This document shows positions 30,422-40,203 of a stretch of DNA of 64,000 nt, one piece after another; within the stretch, counting starts at the first letter, position 1; every line of letters begins with the position of its first letter. Source of the stretch: Candidatus Azotimanducaceae bacterium (lineage in GTDB: Bacteria; Pseudomonadota; Gammaproteobacteria; Pseudomonadales; Azotimanducaceae); NCBI GenBank assembly GCA_051278195.1, contig JBNMQM010000022.1, forward strand, positions 864 through 64,863, read 5' to 3'. Under the pieces are notes generated by a model. It searched no databases. It saw nothing but the letters and a program-made list of their open reading frames with translations, and was not told where the DNA came from. A program made the translations under genes and the position numbers.

Positions 30422-31726
30422 TCATTTGAGAATATCTGTGCGGTGCGACGTTTTTATCTGTTCTGCCATATCATCCGGTACGCCGGCTTTTTCAGAGTAA
30501 GATAGCCATTTTGAAATAGCTTCTTGAACTTGTTTAACTATTTCATCTGCTCGGCCACGTTTCATTGAGGCGTTCTTCGCGCACGCTCGAAAATCTTCTA
30601 TTGAAAAATTATCACGCTTGCCATTGAGAGACATTTGATGGCTCGCGGTCCAATCTCCACTTGGATTAAAACTATAGGTCATGTCATAGGCAGGTGAGAG
30701 GTCCCATCTGCCAGACTGATCCATCAGAAAGGCGATGTTCTTCACATGGTCATCCTGGTTGCGGCCAATGATGTTAAACGCCATACGGCGGAATTGTTCC
30801 TCAATCCGGTCCATTGGCATACCAAGCGCTCTGATCGTGCGCAAAGCTTGTTCATAGGAATGAGCGCCAGCCTGCTTGAAATCAAAATGCTCCATTGCGC
30901 ATAGTGACTGCATATGGATTTTCTGGCCTGAGTCTGATCGGTCAAACCGCTTGGTCATGAAATGACTTCGGCCATTCTCTTTAAGTAAACGACACTCTTT
31001 CATTTCAATGTCCGCCGCTAACGCCATTTCGTAGTAGGCATATTCAATGAGGCCATAGCCTGCTGGGTCGGCAAGCTCTTTGTCTTTGTTGCCTGAAACA
31101 CCGTCAAATTTTAACAACCAGTAGGAGAAGCCTTGCCCTGTTCTAACATGACCGGAACGCACTTCATCGGTTTTTGGGTTCCATGCAATAATTGCCTTTG
31201 CTCTGGCGCCGCCTGCTGATGTGCCAACTTGGAGGATATCGGTCAAAGCGTCTTCTCGATCTAAAGGCGCAAATGAACCTTGGAGCGCGTTCCGTTTGGT
31301 CAGGATTTGACTGGCGAGTTCAACCAGCGCTTCAACATTAATCGGTTTCGATTTGACGCTGGTTGGACCTTGGGTCGGCGCGTATTCAAGCGCCCCCATG
31401 CCTCTGCTGCCTGTGTAGCAAAGACGTTCAACAGGATTGAAACTGCGACGATCACGGCCTTCCTTTGCCAGCCATGCATTAATGAGGGCGTTGCCAAAAT
31501 CATCCGGTAAAGAATCTGCAAGAAGCCCGGGCAGGCCGTGAAACGTTTCTCGCGGTAACGCTGAAAAATTATATATGCGGGTGGCTAGCGGCATCATCAC
31601 CGGTGATACCTCTATGCCACTGCCGACAAAGGCCGGTTCGTACTCGAAATTTGCTAGTTGAGCGTTGTCATCCCAGTTGACGGCGCCGATGGCTTTGCCC
31701 CAAAGTTTTATCTCGGCAATCGTCAT
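30422..31726 (-). CDS. hipA: type II toxin-antitoxin system HipA-family Ser/Thr kinase toxin
   Basis: N-terminal HipA coupling domain (LWGKAIGAV..., GLPGLLADSLPDDFG). SAGGARAKA P-loop-like motif and catalytic RNQDDHVKNIAFLMD. 434 aa. Confidence 0.9.
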   Translation of the reverse strand: MTIAEIKLWGKAIGAVNWDDNAQLANFEYEPAFVGSGIEVSPVMMPLATRIYNFSALPRETFHGLPGLLADSLPDDFGNALINAWLAKEGRDRRSFNPVERLCYTGSRGMGALEYAPTQGPTSVKSKPINVEALVELASQILTKRNALQGSFAPLDREDALTDILQVGTSAGGARAKAIIAWNPKTDEVRSGHVRTGQGFSYWLLKFDGVSGNKDKELADPAGYGLIEYAYYEMALAADIEMKECRLLKENGRSHFMTKRFDRSDSGQKIHMQSLCAMEHFDFKQAGAHSYEQALRTIRALGMPMDRIEEQFRRMAFNIIGRNQDDHVKNIAFLMDQSGRWDLSPAYDMTYSFNPSGDWTASHQMSLNGKRDNFSIEDFRACAKNASMKRGRADEIVKQVQEAISKWLSYSEKAGVPDDMAEQIKTSHRTDILK

Positions 31727-32127
31727 TCTTGATCACGCTTGTCTTCATCCCATGACCATGGCATTTTTGTCTCTGTCTTGGCTGATGGTGAAGAGGCCCG
31801 CCGTCGTTTTCTGCCCTGCATTTTGGCCTGTTGGATCGGGCTGATCGCAGGTTCGGGAATAAGAACTTCCAGATTTTCAAGTAATTGAAGCGCGCGTAAT
31901 ACGCGGATTAAATTTGACGCCTGGGTAGAGCCGCCATGTTCAATTCGATGGATAGTTCTTTTAGAAACGCCGGCTTCCGTGGCCAAAGCATCCTGAGTCC
32001 AGTTTCTGTTCAGGCGATACTGGGCAATGCGACGACCCAGCTCTCTAAGTGTCGTGTCATCAGAGTTGCCTTCATTGAATTTCATAAGGTGCCATTTATG
32101 ACGGTTAATTAAGTTGTCGTGCTTCAA
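31723..32127 (-). CDS. hipB: XRE-family HTH antitoxin (HipB-like)
   Basis: LGRRIAQYRLNRNWTQDALATEAGVSKRTIHRIEHG is an HTH_3 motif. The stop overlaps the hipA start (ATGA). Basic, Trp-containing C-terminal tail. An alternative start is ATG 32085. Confidence 0.8.
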   Translation of the reverse strand: MKHDNLINRHKWHLMKFNEGNSDDTTLRELGRRIAQYRLNRNWTQDALATEAGVSKRTIHRIEHGGSTQASNLIRVLRALQLLENLEVLIPEPAISPIQQAKMQGRKRRRASSPSAKTETKMPWSWDEDKRDQE

Positions 32128-32159
32128 AATGACACAATTTGCACTTTATGACAATAAAG

Positions 32160-32182
32160 TATTTGGCACTAATTGCCAAATA
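32160..32182. promoter_or_regulatory. perfect 9-bp inverted repeat upstream of hipB (candidate operator)
   Basis: TATTTGGCA-ctaat-TGCCAAATA, read directly from the sequence. It lies 33 bp (or 75 bp) upstream of the hipB start, followed by a further TGGCA half-site. Confidence 0.4.
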
Positions 32183-32454
32183 TGGCATTTAAGTGCGGTT
32201 AAGAATCGTAAGACGTCAAATATGACGCTTTATAACGAGTCCGCGTAGTAAAAGTCGCTCCTGCACATAAAGCTTCACAGAAACGGGAACAAAGCCCTCG
32301 GCTATGCAGGTGTGTAAGGGGACGAAAATCATTGAACGTCCCCGTTGCGGGCATGGGATATAGTCGTCAAGAATCCAGGTCGCTCTGAGTTGATGCCATT
32401 TCTTCGTGTATGGTGACTGGAACGAAATTAAATAATGAAAAGGAGGGCTCCATC

Positions 32455-32859
32455 ATGAGTAACCTGCAGGCTTTCGGTACCTATGCTGCCGCATTCGATG
32501 AATCATTGGTCGACGATAACTGGGCAAGACTTGAACAGTATTTTTCAGAAGATGCATCCTACAAACCAGGCGATGGCTCAGAAGGTGTTGGGCGAGCAGG
32601 CGTTATCCAGTCGCTGCAAGATAGCGTTAATAGCCTAGAAGGAAAGTGTGATGCTCGAGAGTTAATCGGGCAGCCCGGGATTACCGAAGAAAGAGACACC
32701 GTCACGCTCAGTTTTACAATCAAGTATTCCAAACAAGGAATGGAAGATTATCTACTCGTAGGAGTCGAAACCATCCAGTACTCAGATGGACTTATCTGCA
32801 AGATGGAAGACGTGTTTGAAAACCCTAACGACATGATGGCGTGGCGAGATAAGCTGTAG
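32455..32859 (+). CDS. NTF2/SnoaL-like small protein
   Basis: 134 aa, with a GGAGG RBS 7 nt upstream of the ATG at 32455. The sequence pattern fits an alpha+beta cone fold. The family call is tentative. Confidence 0.55.
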   Translation: MSNLQAFGTYAAAFDESLVDDNWARLEQYFSEDASYKPGDGSEGVGRAGVIQSLQDSVNSLEGKCDARELIGQPGITEERDTVTLSFTIKYSKQGMEDYLLVGVETIQYSDGLICKMEDVFENPNDMMAWRDKL

Positions 32860-32965
32860 GTCGTTCCTTCTCTAAGACCTCCCATTCTCTATCTGTACTT
32901 TCAAAGCGTTCAATGACAGTCTAGGAAGCAGATAAAAATCAAAAATTAATTCTAAGGGGCGAGCG

Positions 32966-34711
32966 ATGTACGACTACCTGATTAAGAACGCGACGATTGT
33001 TGATGGCAGGGGTGATACGCCTTACGTGGGTAATGTGGCGATAAGTGATGGCAAGATTGCCGGTGTGGGTGCTGTTGATGGCGAAGCCAAAGAAACCATC
33101 AATGCGGAAGGCGCCTATGTCACCCCGGGTTGGGTTGATGTGCATACGCATTTTGATGGTCAGGTGAGCTGGGATGACACGTTGGATCCTTCGTTCAGTC
33201 ACGGTGTGACCAGTGTCGTAATGGGTAACTGTGGTGTTGGCTTTGCGCCATGCCCTCCTGGCGGCGAGAAACGCATGATCGAGCTCATGGAAGGTGTTGA
33301 GGATATCCCGGGTACGGCGTTATATGAGGGCATCGAATGGGGCGAATGGGAGACCTACCCTGAATATCTTGATTATCTAGGTAAACGTGAATATACGCTG
33401 GATGTGGGCGGCCTGATTCCGCATAGCGCGGTAAGAAACTACGTTATGGGTGAACGAGCACTGCGTCATGAAGATGCTACCACCGAAGATTTAGCCGCGA
33501 TGTGCAAGATTGTTGAAGATGGACTGAATGCTGGCGCGATAGGGTTTTCGACATCTAGGACCATTGGTCATCGATCTGTATTGGGTGAACCTATTCCCGG
33601 CACATTTGCAGAAAAAGCAGAGCTAATGGCGATTGCGCGGGCGATGAAAGCCGCAGGCAAAGGTATCTTCCAAGCAGTGCCGGCTGGTGTTGTTGGTGAT
33701 ATGGCCGGCCCTGAACACTGGACGACTGAGCAGGAAGTTGAGTTGTTTGCAGACATCGCGCGAGAAAGTGGCAGAAGCTGTTCGTTTACCCTGGTACAGA
33801 ATGGCAATCGCCCGGACCAGTGGCGCAATTGTCTTGAAATCGTTGAGCGAGCGAACGCTGAAGGTCTGATGATTAAGCCACAGATTGCCACTCGGCCTAT
33901 CGGTTTTGTGACCAGCCTGCAGGCGTACCATATGTTCCAGAGACGCGAGACCTACTTAAAGCTGGTTGATCTTCCGTTTGATCAACTATTGGCAGAAATG
34001 AAGAAGCCTGAAGTTAAAGCCGCGATACTTTCGGATAAGGACATTGCACCGGATCAGCCGGGCACCATGGCGAATATCTATGGACTGTTAGCGGTGGCTG
34101 CGTCGGGGATGTTTCCGATTGAGCTGCCGATTAATTATGAGCCTGAAGCCTCTGGCAATATGGGCGCGCTGGCGGCAGCCGCAGGTCAAGAGATTAATGA
34201 CTTTTTCTACGATTACCTGACAGCGGGCGAGGGCGATCAATTCGCTATTCTGCTCGGTGCCAACTTTGTCGATGGCAGCTTTAGTGTCATGGAAGAGATG
34301 ATCCAACATCCCAATACCGTTATAGGATTGTCTGATGCGGGTGCTCATGTGAACTTGATCTTTGATGCCGTCGGACCGACCTATCAGTTAACTCACTGGG
34401 TGCGAGATCGAACGCGAGGTCCAAAAATGCCCATCGAGCTAATGGTTGCCAAGCAAACTTACGATAACGCCCAGCTATTTGGTATGTATGATCGAGGCAG
34501 TCTCGAAGTCGGTATGCGCGCCGATATCAATTTGATCGACCTTGAACATCTTGGCCTTGGCAAACTCGAGGTTGTGCATGATTTGCCCGCTGGTGGCAGC
34601 CGTATTCTGCAGTCCGCAGAAGGCTATCTTGCGACGTTCGTCAATGGTGTGAAGACACGTGAGAATGACCGGGATACCGGCGCAAGACCGGGGCGAGTCA
34701 TTAGAGCCTGA
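32966..34711 (+). CDS. N-acyl-D-amino-acid deacylase (D-aminoacylase) family amidohydrolase
   Basis: YDYLIKNATIVDGRGD...VAISDGKIAGVG...GAYVTPGWVDVHTHFDGQ, plus C-terminal ADINLIDLE, is the typical family layout. Confidence 0.85.
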   Translation: MYDYLIKNATIVDGRGDTPYVGNVAISDGKIAGVGAVDGEAKETINAEGAYVTPGWVDVHTHFDGQVSWDDTLDPSFSHGVTSVVMGNCGVGFAPCPPGGEKRMIELMEGVEDIPGTALYEGIEWGEWETYPEYLDYLGKREYTLDVGGLIPHSAVRNYVMGERALRHEDATTEDLAAMCKIVEDGLNAGAIGFSTSRTIGHRSVLGEPIPGTFAEKAELMAIARAMKAAGKGIFQAVPAGVVGDMAGPEHWTTEQEVELFADIARESGRSCSFTLVQNGNRPDQWRNCLEIVERANAEGLMIKPQIATRPIGFVTSLQAYHMFQRRETYLKLVDLPFDQLLAEMKKPEVKAAILSDKDIAPDQPGTMANIYGLLAVAASGMFPIELPINYEPEASGNMGALAAAAGQEINDFFYDYLTAGEGDQFAILLGANFVDGSFSVMEEMIQHPNTVIGLSDAGAHVNLIFDAVGPTYQLTHWVRDRTRGPKMPIELMVAKQTYDNAQLFGMYDRGSLEVGMRADINLIDLEHLGLGKLEVVHDLPAGGSRILQSAEGYLATFVNGVKTRENDRDTGARPGRVIRA

Positions 34712-34793
34712 TCGTTCAATAGTTCAGATCATCCCATCACTATATGCGTTGAGCAGGTGCTCATCCGGCAACTAAATTTGATAGGAAAAGCTC

Positions 34794-35432
34794 TTGAAAC
34801 TTTATGACTACAAAGGCGCGCCGAACCCGCGCCGCGTACAGATATTTCTTGCCGAAAAAGGCATTGAAGTGCCTTTGGAGCAGGTCGACATCACTAAAGG
34901 GATCAACCGTCAGCCGCCATTTTTGGTGAAGAACCCGGTCGGGTCAGTCCCAGTGCTTGAGCTTGACGATGGCACCTGCATCGCTGAATCAGTTTCTATC
35001 TGCCGTTATTTTGAAAGTTTGCACCCAAACCCACCGTTGTTTGGCAGCACCCCGTTTGAAATCGCGACCATAGACATGTGGTTACGGCGTGTAGAACTTA
35101 ACGTTATGTCGATGGTCGGCATGGTATGGATTAATGATCACCCGCTAACAGCTGCACTGTTTGCGCAAAATAAACCAGCGGCGGAGCAGGGCCGCGTGCG
35201 TGCGGCTATGGGGTACAAGGTCCTCGATGACCAATTGGTCAGCAACACATTCATTGCGGGTGAAGGCTATTCGGTGGTTGATGCCGTAGCGCTTGCCACC
35301 ATCGACTTCGCCGTCGACCTTGTGGGCGTTCCTTATGGTGATGATCTCGTCAACCTGAAGCGATGGCACGAGCTTGTGTCATCACGCCCGAGTGCGGGCC
35401 CCAAACTTGGGGCTGACTTTTCAGTAGGCTAA
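34794..35432 (+). CDS. glutathione S-transferase
   Basis: MKLYDYKGAPNPRRVQIFLAEKGIEV...GSVPVLELDDGTCIAESVSICRYFE. TTG start with an upstream AGGAAAAG. Confidence 0.85.
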   Translation: MKLYDYKGAPNPRRVQIFLAEKGIEVPLEQVDITKGINRQPPFLVKNPVGSVPVLELDDGTCIAESVSICRYFESLHPNPPLFGSTPFEIATIDMWLRRVELNVMSMVGMVWINDHPLTAALFAQNKPAAEQGRVRAAMGYKVLDDQLVSNTFIAGEGYSVVDAVALATIDFAVDLVGVPYGDDLVNLKRWHELVSSRPSAGPKLGADFSVG

Positions 35433-35458
35433 AATTGATTGGAATCAGGAACAACAGC

Positions 35459-35800
35459 ATGTTTGTAGAAATTAGAAGTTATCACTACGACCCAACACAA
35501 TTCTATGCATACAAAAAGTGGGCGCTAGATGAGGCCGTACCCTACCTCAAGAGTGCGCTCGATATCGTGGGCTTCTGGATGGATAACGGCGATGCACCCG
35601 AGTTTTCCGGGGCTGAACCAATGGAACTTAAGCTTGGCTCGGCGAATGTCACCTGGATCATTCGCTGGCAGTCAAAGGAAGACCGAGCGAAAGGACATAA
35701 AGAAATTTTCGGCGGCGATGCATGGACAAAAATTTGGGCCAACCATCCCGACAGCGATGGTTACCTGCAAATGGAAGCAAGGTTCGCAGAAGAAGTGTAG
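35459..35800 (+). CDS. NIPSNAP-like small protein
   Basis: MFVEIRSYHYDPTQFYAYKKW... with an overall dimeric alpha/beta-barrel pattern. Start moved to the ATG at 35459. Confidence 0.55.
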   Translation: MFVEIRSYHYDPTQFYAYKKWALDEAVPYLKSALDIVGFWMDNGDAPEFSGAEPMELKLGSANVTWIIRWQSKEDRAKGHKEIFGGDAWTKIWANHPDSDGYLQMEARFAEEV

Positions 35801-36142
35801 CTGAGATGGCTATGCGGTTTATAGGTCACCTGGCAGTAAGCCATTTCACGCATCAGGTTTGGGTTTACTCTGTCAATTCACTCTGAGCCCAATGCGGTTA
35901 AACCGCATTAACCTCAACATTCTATTCTCAATTGGCTGTCTAGTCGTCTGTCTCATACCGGCCGATATCTTTGGCAGCCAAACTTCCTTAGTTGCCAATC
36001 AGGAAAGTATTTGCTGGATGGGAGGAATCAGAGAGTGGTTGCGATACTAGAAGACGCATACTTCGTGTGTTGCGTCGCAGGTCATTTTGCTTACCCGGTT
36101 GTAAAATTCCTACTGGTCTTCCTTCGCTGCCTATTTGTAATA

Positions 36143-36164
36143 AAACAGTCAGTTCTGACTGTTT
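36143..36164 (+). terminator. perfect 10-bp hairpin in the 35.8-36.3 kb spacer
   Basis: AAACAGTCAG-tt-CTGACTGTTT followed by ATT. Read directly from the sequence. Confidence 0.4.
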
Positions 36165-36180
36165 ATTGATCTAGATCAAT
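36165..36180. promoter_or_regulatory. 16-bp perfect palindrome ATTGATCTAGATCAAT upstream of the Rieske/P450 pair
   Basis: Read directly from the sequence. It lies 115 bp upstream of the GTG start at 36295. Confidence 0.35.
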
Positions 36181-36294
36181 TTCCGGTCAGGGAAAGTGTC
36201 CCATTATGGTTTCATAATAGTTTCCGCATAGAAATAGCCAATAACGCTAGCTTCTGATCGAAACTGAAATGGCAATCAATCTGTAGGGACCATC

Positions 36295-37677
36295 GTGACA
36301 AATAAAACCGAAAGACAGCAGGGTGACGATCTTAGATCGAGTGGGACAAGTTATCAGGCGCTGCTTGACCTTGAAAATGTAGAGGTACCCGATTCATTGC
36401 GAGCCAATTCCCTAAAATATATGGGTTCTGCTAATTTGTCGGTAGATCGCTACCTCTCCAGAGATTTTCACGAACTTGAGAAACAAAAAGTCTGGCCAAA
36501 GGTCTGGCAGATGGTTTGTCGTGAGGAAGAAATCCCCAATGTCGGCGACCATATCGTTTACGACATCGTCGACTATTCTTTCATCATCGTCAGAAGCGCT
36601 GAAAACGAAATCAAGAGCTTTTATAACTCCTGCTTGCACCGGGGTCGATCACTGTGTGATAAAAATGGTACGGCACAATATTTTCGCTGCCCGTACCATG
36701 CGTTTACCTGGGGGCTTGATGGTAATCCGAAGTTTATACCCAGCGGCTGGGATTTCGGCCATTTTACGCAAGGAAACTCCAGTCTTGACCAGACCAAGGT
36801 CGACACCTGGGGCGGTTTCGTTTTTATCAACATGGACGATAATTGTATCCCGCTTGCAGAATATTTAGATGTGTTGCCAGAGCACTTTGAACGCTGGCCT
36901 TTAGCACAATATTACAAGGGTGCGCATGTGAAACGGATTGTGCGGGCCAACTGGAAGATTGCCCAGGAGGCGTTTCAGGAATCGTTTCATGTTATTGCAA
37001 CGCACCCTCAAATCATGAAGTTCACCGCTGATGAGAACTCCCAGTATGACTCTTTCGGGGATCACATTAATCGAACAATCACCGCAACGGCGGTAATGAG
37101 CCCGCATATAAAGAACAAACTGAGTGAGAGTGAAATCGTTGCTGAACTCTTGAGCTTGGGTGGTAGGAACAAAAATGCAACAAACACTGTCGAGTTGCCG
37201 GAGGGCATGACCGCCAGAGATTTCATGGCAAACCTGACCCGCAGTAATGTGGCGAAGATAACGGGTGAAGATCAGTCGCATTACACCGCCAGTGAATGCA
37301 TCGACAGCATTTTGTACAACGTCTTTCCAAATTTTGCACCCTGGGCAGGGTTGAACAACAATGTTGTGTATCGGTTTCGACCCAACGGAGACGATCATAC
37401 CTCTTGCATTATGGAGGCGATGTTACTCACGCGATATGACGCGACCGGGCCAAGGCCTTCCCCTTGCGACGTGCATGAACTGGAAGAACACGAAGACTTT
37501 AGTAGCGCACAAGAACTAGGTGGGCTCGGCGCTGTTTTTGACCAGGACATGGCCAACATCCCATTTATCATGAAAGGCATGAAAGCGGGCAAACGTCGCG
37601 AAGTTGTACTTGGAAATTACCAGGAAAGTCGTATTCGCCACATTCACCAAACCCTCGATAAGTACATCAATGCCTGA
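36295..37677 (+). CDS. Rieske [2Fe-2S] non-heme-iron oxygenase, alpha subunit-like
   Basis: Rieske motif CLHRGRSLC...CPYHAFTW, and a mononuclear iron region ESFHVIATHP. GTG start. Confidence 0.85.
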   Translation: MTNKTERQQGDDLRSSGTSYQALLDLENVEVPDSLRANSLKYMGSANLSVDRYLSRDFHELEKQKVWPKVWQMVCREEEIPNVGDHIVYDIVDYSFIIVRSAENEIKSFYNSCLHRGRSLCDKNGTAQYFRCPYHAFTWGLDGNPKFIPSGWDFGHFTQGNSSLDQTKVDTWGGFVFINMDDNCIPLAEYLDVLPEHFERWPLAQYYKGAHVKRIVRANWKIAQEAFQESFHVIATHPQIMKFTADENSQYDSFGDHINRTITATAVMSPHIKNKLSESEIVAELLSLGGRNKNATNTVELPEGMTARDFMANLTRSNVAKITGEDQSHYTASECIDSILYNVFPNFAPWAGLNNNVVYRFRPNGDDHTSCIMEAMLLTRYDATGPRPSPCDVHELEEHEDFSSAQELGGLGAVFDQDMANIPFIMKGMKAGKRREVVLGNYQESRIRHIHQTLDKYINA

Positions 37678-37697
37678 TATTGGCTAAGGAGCACACT

Positions 37698-38954
37698 ATG
37701 GTTGAGTTATCGCAGCAGGATCCATTTGACCCGGCTATCCTCACCTGTCCGCATCAGTATAACCAGCAACTGCGCGAACAGGCTCCCGTTTACCATTGCC
37801 CCAAAACTGGGATCTACTTCATTTCGAATTACGAGCTGGTAACTGAAGTTGCGAAAAACCATAAGGTCTTTTCCAGCAAGTTTTCCAACCTGATGACTGC
37901 ATTTAAGGGCACAGAGCAGAGCGAGAAAGAAAAGCGACAACAACAAGAGTTAGCAGATGTCCGTCGTCGGGGGTTCCCCAGAATTGACACGATGTTAACC
38001 CAAGACCTGCCTGAACAAAGACGTTATCGGTCACTGTGCCAAAAGCCTTTTTCCATCAAAAGCGTCTCAAAGCTCATACCCTATCTGACGGATTTATCGA
38101 ACCAGCTGATTGATGAATTTATCGATGATGGCGAATGCAATTGGATGGACAGTTTTTGTATTCCTTTACCGGTCAACATGATCGCGAAAGTTCTCGGTGT
38201 ACCGATAGAAGATATGGACCTATTCAAACAATGGTCAGACGCTAACGTTTATCAGTTTGCCGCCGGACAAACGCACGAAGAACTGCTTCATTCCTCGCAG
38301 CTAGTTGTGGATTTCCAACACTATTTTGCTAAGAAAATTGAGGACAGACAGCACCAGCCAACCGATGATGTCTTGTCCGATATCGTTAACTCAACAGTAG
38401 ATGGGGAAAGTGCGATGAACGTTGCCGAATGTATTTCGGTTATTGCGCAAATACTAGTCGCTGGTAACGAAACGACAACAGCGACTTTTGCTGAAGGTAT
38501 GTCGATGCTGATCAATCACCCTGATCAGCTTAAAAAAGTTCAACAAAACTCTGAACTCATTCCGAATATGGTGGAAGAAATGTTGCGTCTGACAACACCA
38601 TCAGCACAGATGTGGCGAATCGTCACAGAAGACACCACTATTGGTAGCGTTGACATTCCCGCCGGGGCAACCGTAATGATTAAGTGGATCTCTGCCAATC
38701 GAGATGATGCTTACTACGCTGAAGGTGATCGGTTTGATGTGGAACGTCACAATAGCAAACGCCATCTCGCGTTTGGCCAGGGTATCCATCACTGTCCTGG
38801 GGCACCATTGGCGCGGCAGGAACTGGAAGTAGGCTGGCGAGTCATTCTAAGCAGAATGACCAATTTCAGCACTGAGACTGAATTGGAATTTCACCCGTCG
38901 TTGCTGTTGCATGCGCCGGTGGGCATTGAGATCAAATTTGATCGTCTAATCTGA
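37698..38954 (+). CDS. cytochrome P450
   Basis: I-helix LVAGNETTT, EMLR (E-x-x-R) and heme loop FGQGIHHCPGAPLA. AAGGAG lies 6 nt before the ATG at 37698, which is 21 bp after the Rieske stop. Confidence 0.9.
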   Translation: MVELSQQDPFDPAILTCPHQYNQQLREQAPVYHCPKTGIYFISNYELVTEVAKNHKVFSSKFSNLMTAFKGTEQSEKEKRQQQELADVRRRGFPRIDTMLTQDLPEQRRYRSLCQKPFSIKSVSKLIPYLTDLSNQLIDEFIDDGECNWMDSFCIPLPVNMIAKVLGVPIEDMDLFKQWSDANVYQFAAGQTHEELLHSSQLVVDFQHYFAKKIEDRQHQPTDDVLSDIVNSTVDGESAMNVAECISVIAQILVAGNETTTATFAEGMSMLINHPDQLKKVQQNSELIPNMVEEMLRLTTPSAQMWRIVTEDTTIGSVDIPAGATVMIKWISANRDDAYYAEGDRFDVERHNSKRHLAFGQGIHHCPGAPLARQELEVGWRVILSRMTNFSTETELEFHPSLLLHAPVGIEIKFDRLI

Positions 38955-40031
38955 TCCCCATCGCCTCAGAAATTTTTCGTAGTGCTTTCGCAGGACACTC
39001 TTGGCCTTTTCTGGGGGCAATGGAAAGAAATAGGAAACTTCGCGAGTCGATAGAGTCGACAGTCGGGTTTCTTCATCTGTTCCTCGCAACAATTCGAGCT
39101 GAGCAGACGCTATTCTAGAAGTGTTTATTAGCAGGCCATCTCTCGTTTTGATTTGGCGAGACTGGTTGTAGATGTTAGCGGCAACTGCGGTGAGTTTGGC
39201 ATTTCCAGCTTTGGGGTACTGACTCTTGGCAATTGAGGCGATTCTAAGTAGAAATGGGTCTTGAGTGCTATCCGCCAATGCCGATAGCTCGTCGCGGGCG
39301 CTAGTGGCCCGTTCAGTCATCGCATCGCCAAAACGACCGCCGGGTTCAGCTTCGGCTAGGCTCGCATACGTTACTTCCAGCGTGGCAATCAAGCCTGCAA
39401 TCTTGAACTGATACTGCCGCGCATCATCTGCCTCTGGATAGTGTTTGATGTTGCCTTGACTTCGTTCAAGTAGATAAAAGTCACTGCCGATTGAATGATC
39501 AGTGTTATTGACAATCCATTCGCTGCTCACTAGGTGACAACTCGTACAGTTCCTTGCCAAACCATAAAGATCGGCTGGATGAATCATTCCAGAATCCGTC
39601 ATTCTTTGCAGACGATCTTGGCGATGCTCCAGTGACTCGGTTTCTTTCGTGACGCCTAAGCCATACTCATCGTGAAATTCTATCCAATCAGCAGCAGGTC
39701 CATGGCAGCTCTGGCAGGAAACGCCGGCCAAGATGCGGGCTCGATTATTACGCATTCCCGGCGTGAAATGACAGGACGCACACTCACTTTCCGGTTTTTT
39801 AACGGCGGAAGCCTTCATCCCTAGGGCCGTTACATACTTTTTGGCCAGTGGGTTCCGTTTCATGTCTTTACTGGCTTCGTGTTTTGTCTCTAACCAAACC
39901 GACGTGGCCTCAAAGTGGCAGCTTTCACAATTCACGCCATCAACGTACTTTTCCGGCGCTGGGGACGCGATAAGCGGGAGGATAACCAGACAAGATAGTA
40001 CTGCGAGAAATAGATGTGACGCTCTAGGCAT
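38946..40031 (-). CDS. secreted tetraheme c-type cytochrome (cytochrome c554-like N-half) with heme-free C-terminal domain
   Basis: Signal peptide and four C-x-x-C-H motifs (CESCH, CASCH, CQSCH, CTSCH). The 3' end overlaps the P450 3' end by 9 bp (convergent). Confidence 0.75.
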   Translation of the reverse strand: MPRASHLFLAVLSCLVILPLIASPAPEKYVDGVNCESCHFEATSVWLETKHEASKDMKRNPLAKKYVTALGMKASAVKKPESECASCHFTPGMRNNRARILAGVSCQSCHGPAADWIEFHDEYGLGVTKETESLEHRQDRLQRMTDSGMIHPADLYGLARNCTSCHLVSSEWIVNNTDHSIGSDFYLLERSQGNIKHYPEADDARQYQFKIAGLIATLEVTYASLAEAEPGGRFGDAMTERATSARDELSALADSTQDPFLLRIASIAKSQYPKAGNAKLTAVAANIYNQSRQIKTRDGLLINTSRIASAQLELLRGTDEETRLSTLSTREVSYFFPLPPEKAKSVLRKHYEKFLRRWGSD

Positions 40032-40203
40032 TTGTGCTGGTATTCCTTTAAGGCAAGAATTTTCAAGAGAGACATACTACATTACCTTAAAAATGGCGCA
40101 AGAACAGGGTCGGAGTAAAGAGCCGCAGCAGGCCTGGGTAGCTGATATGCCGATCAAAATATGCGAGGCTAACGCACGTAAGTCTGTCATCACGAGAATT
40201 TTG

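Noticed and set aside
39841-40203. N-terminal 121-aa extension of the TauD-like ORF
   Set aside because: The extension is antisense to the well-supported tetraheme cytochrome gene and has no TauD similarity. The TauD domain begins at MLNTHKLTPSIGAEISGLD (40204).
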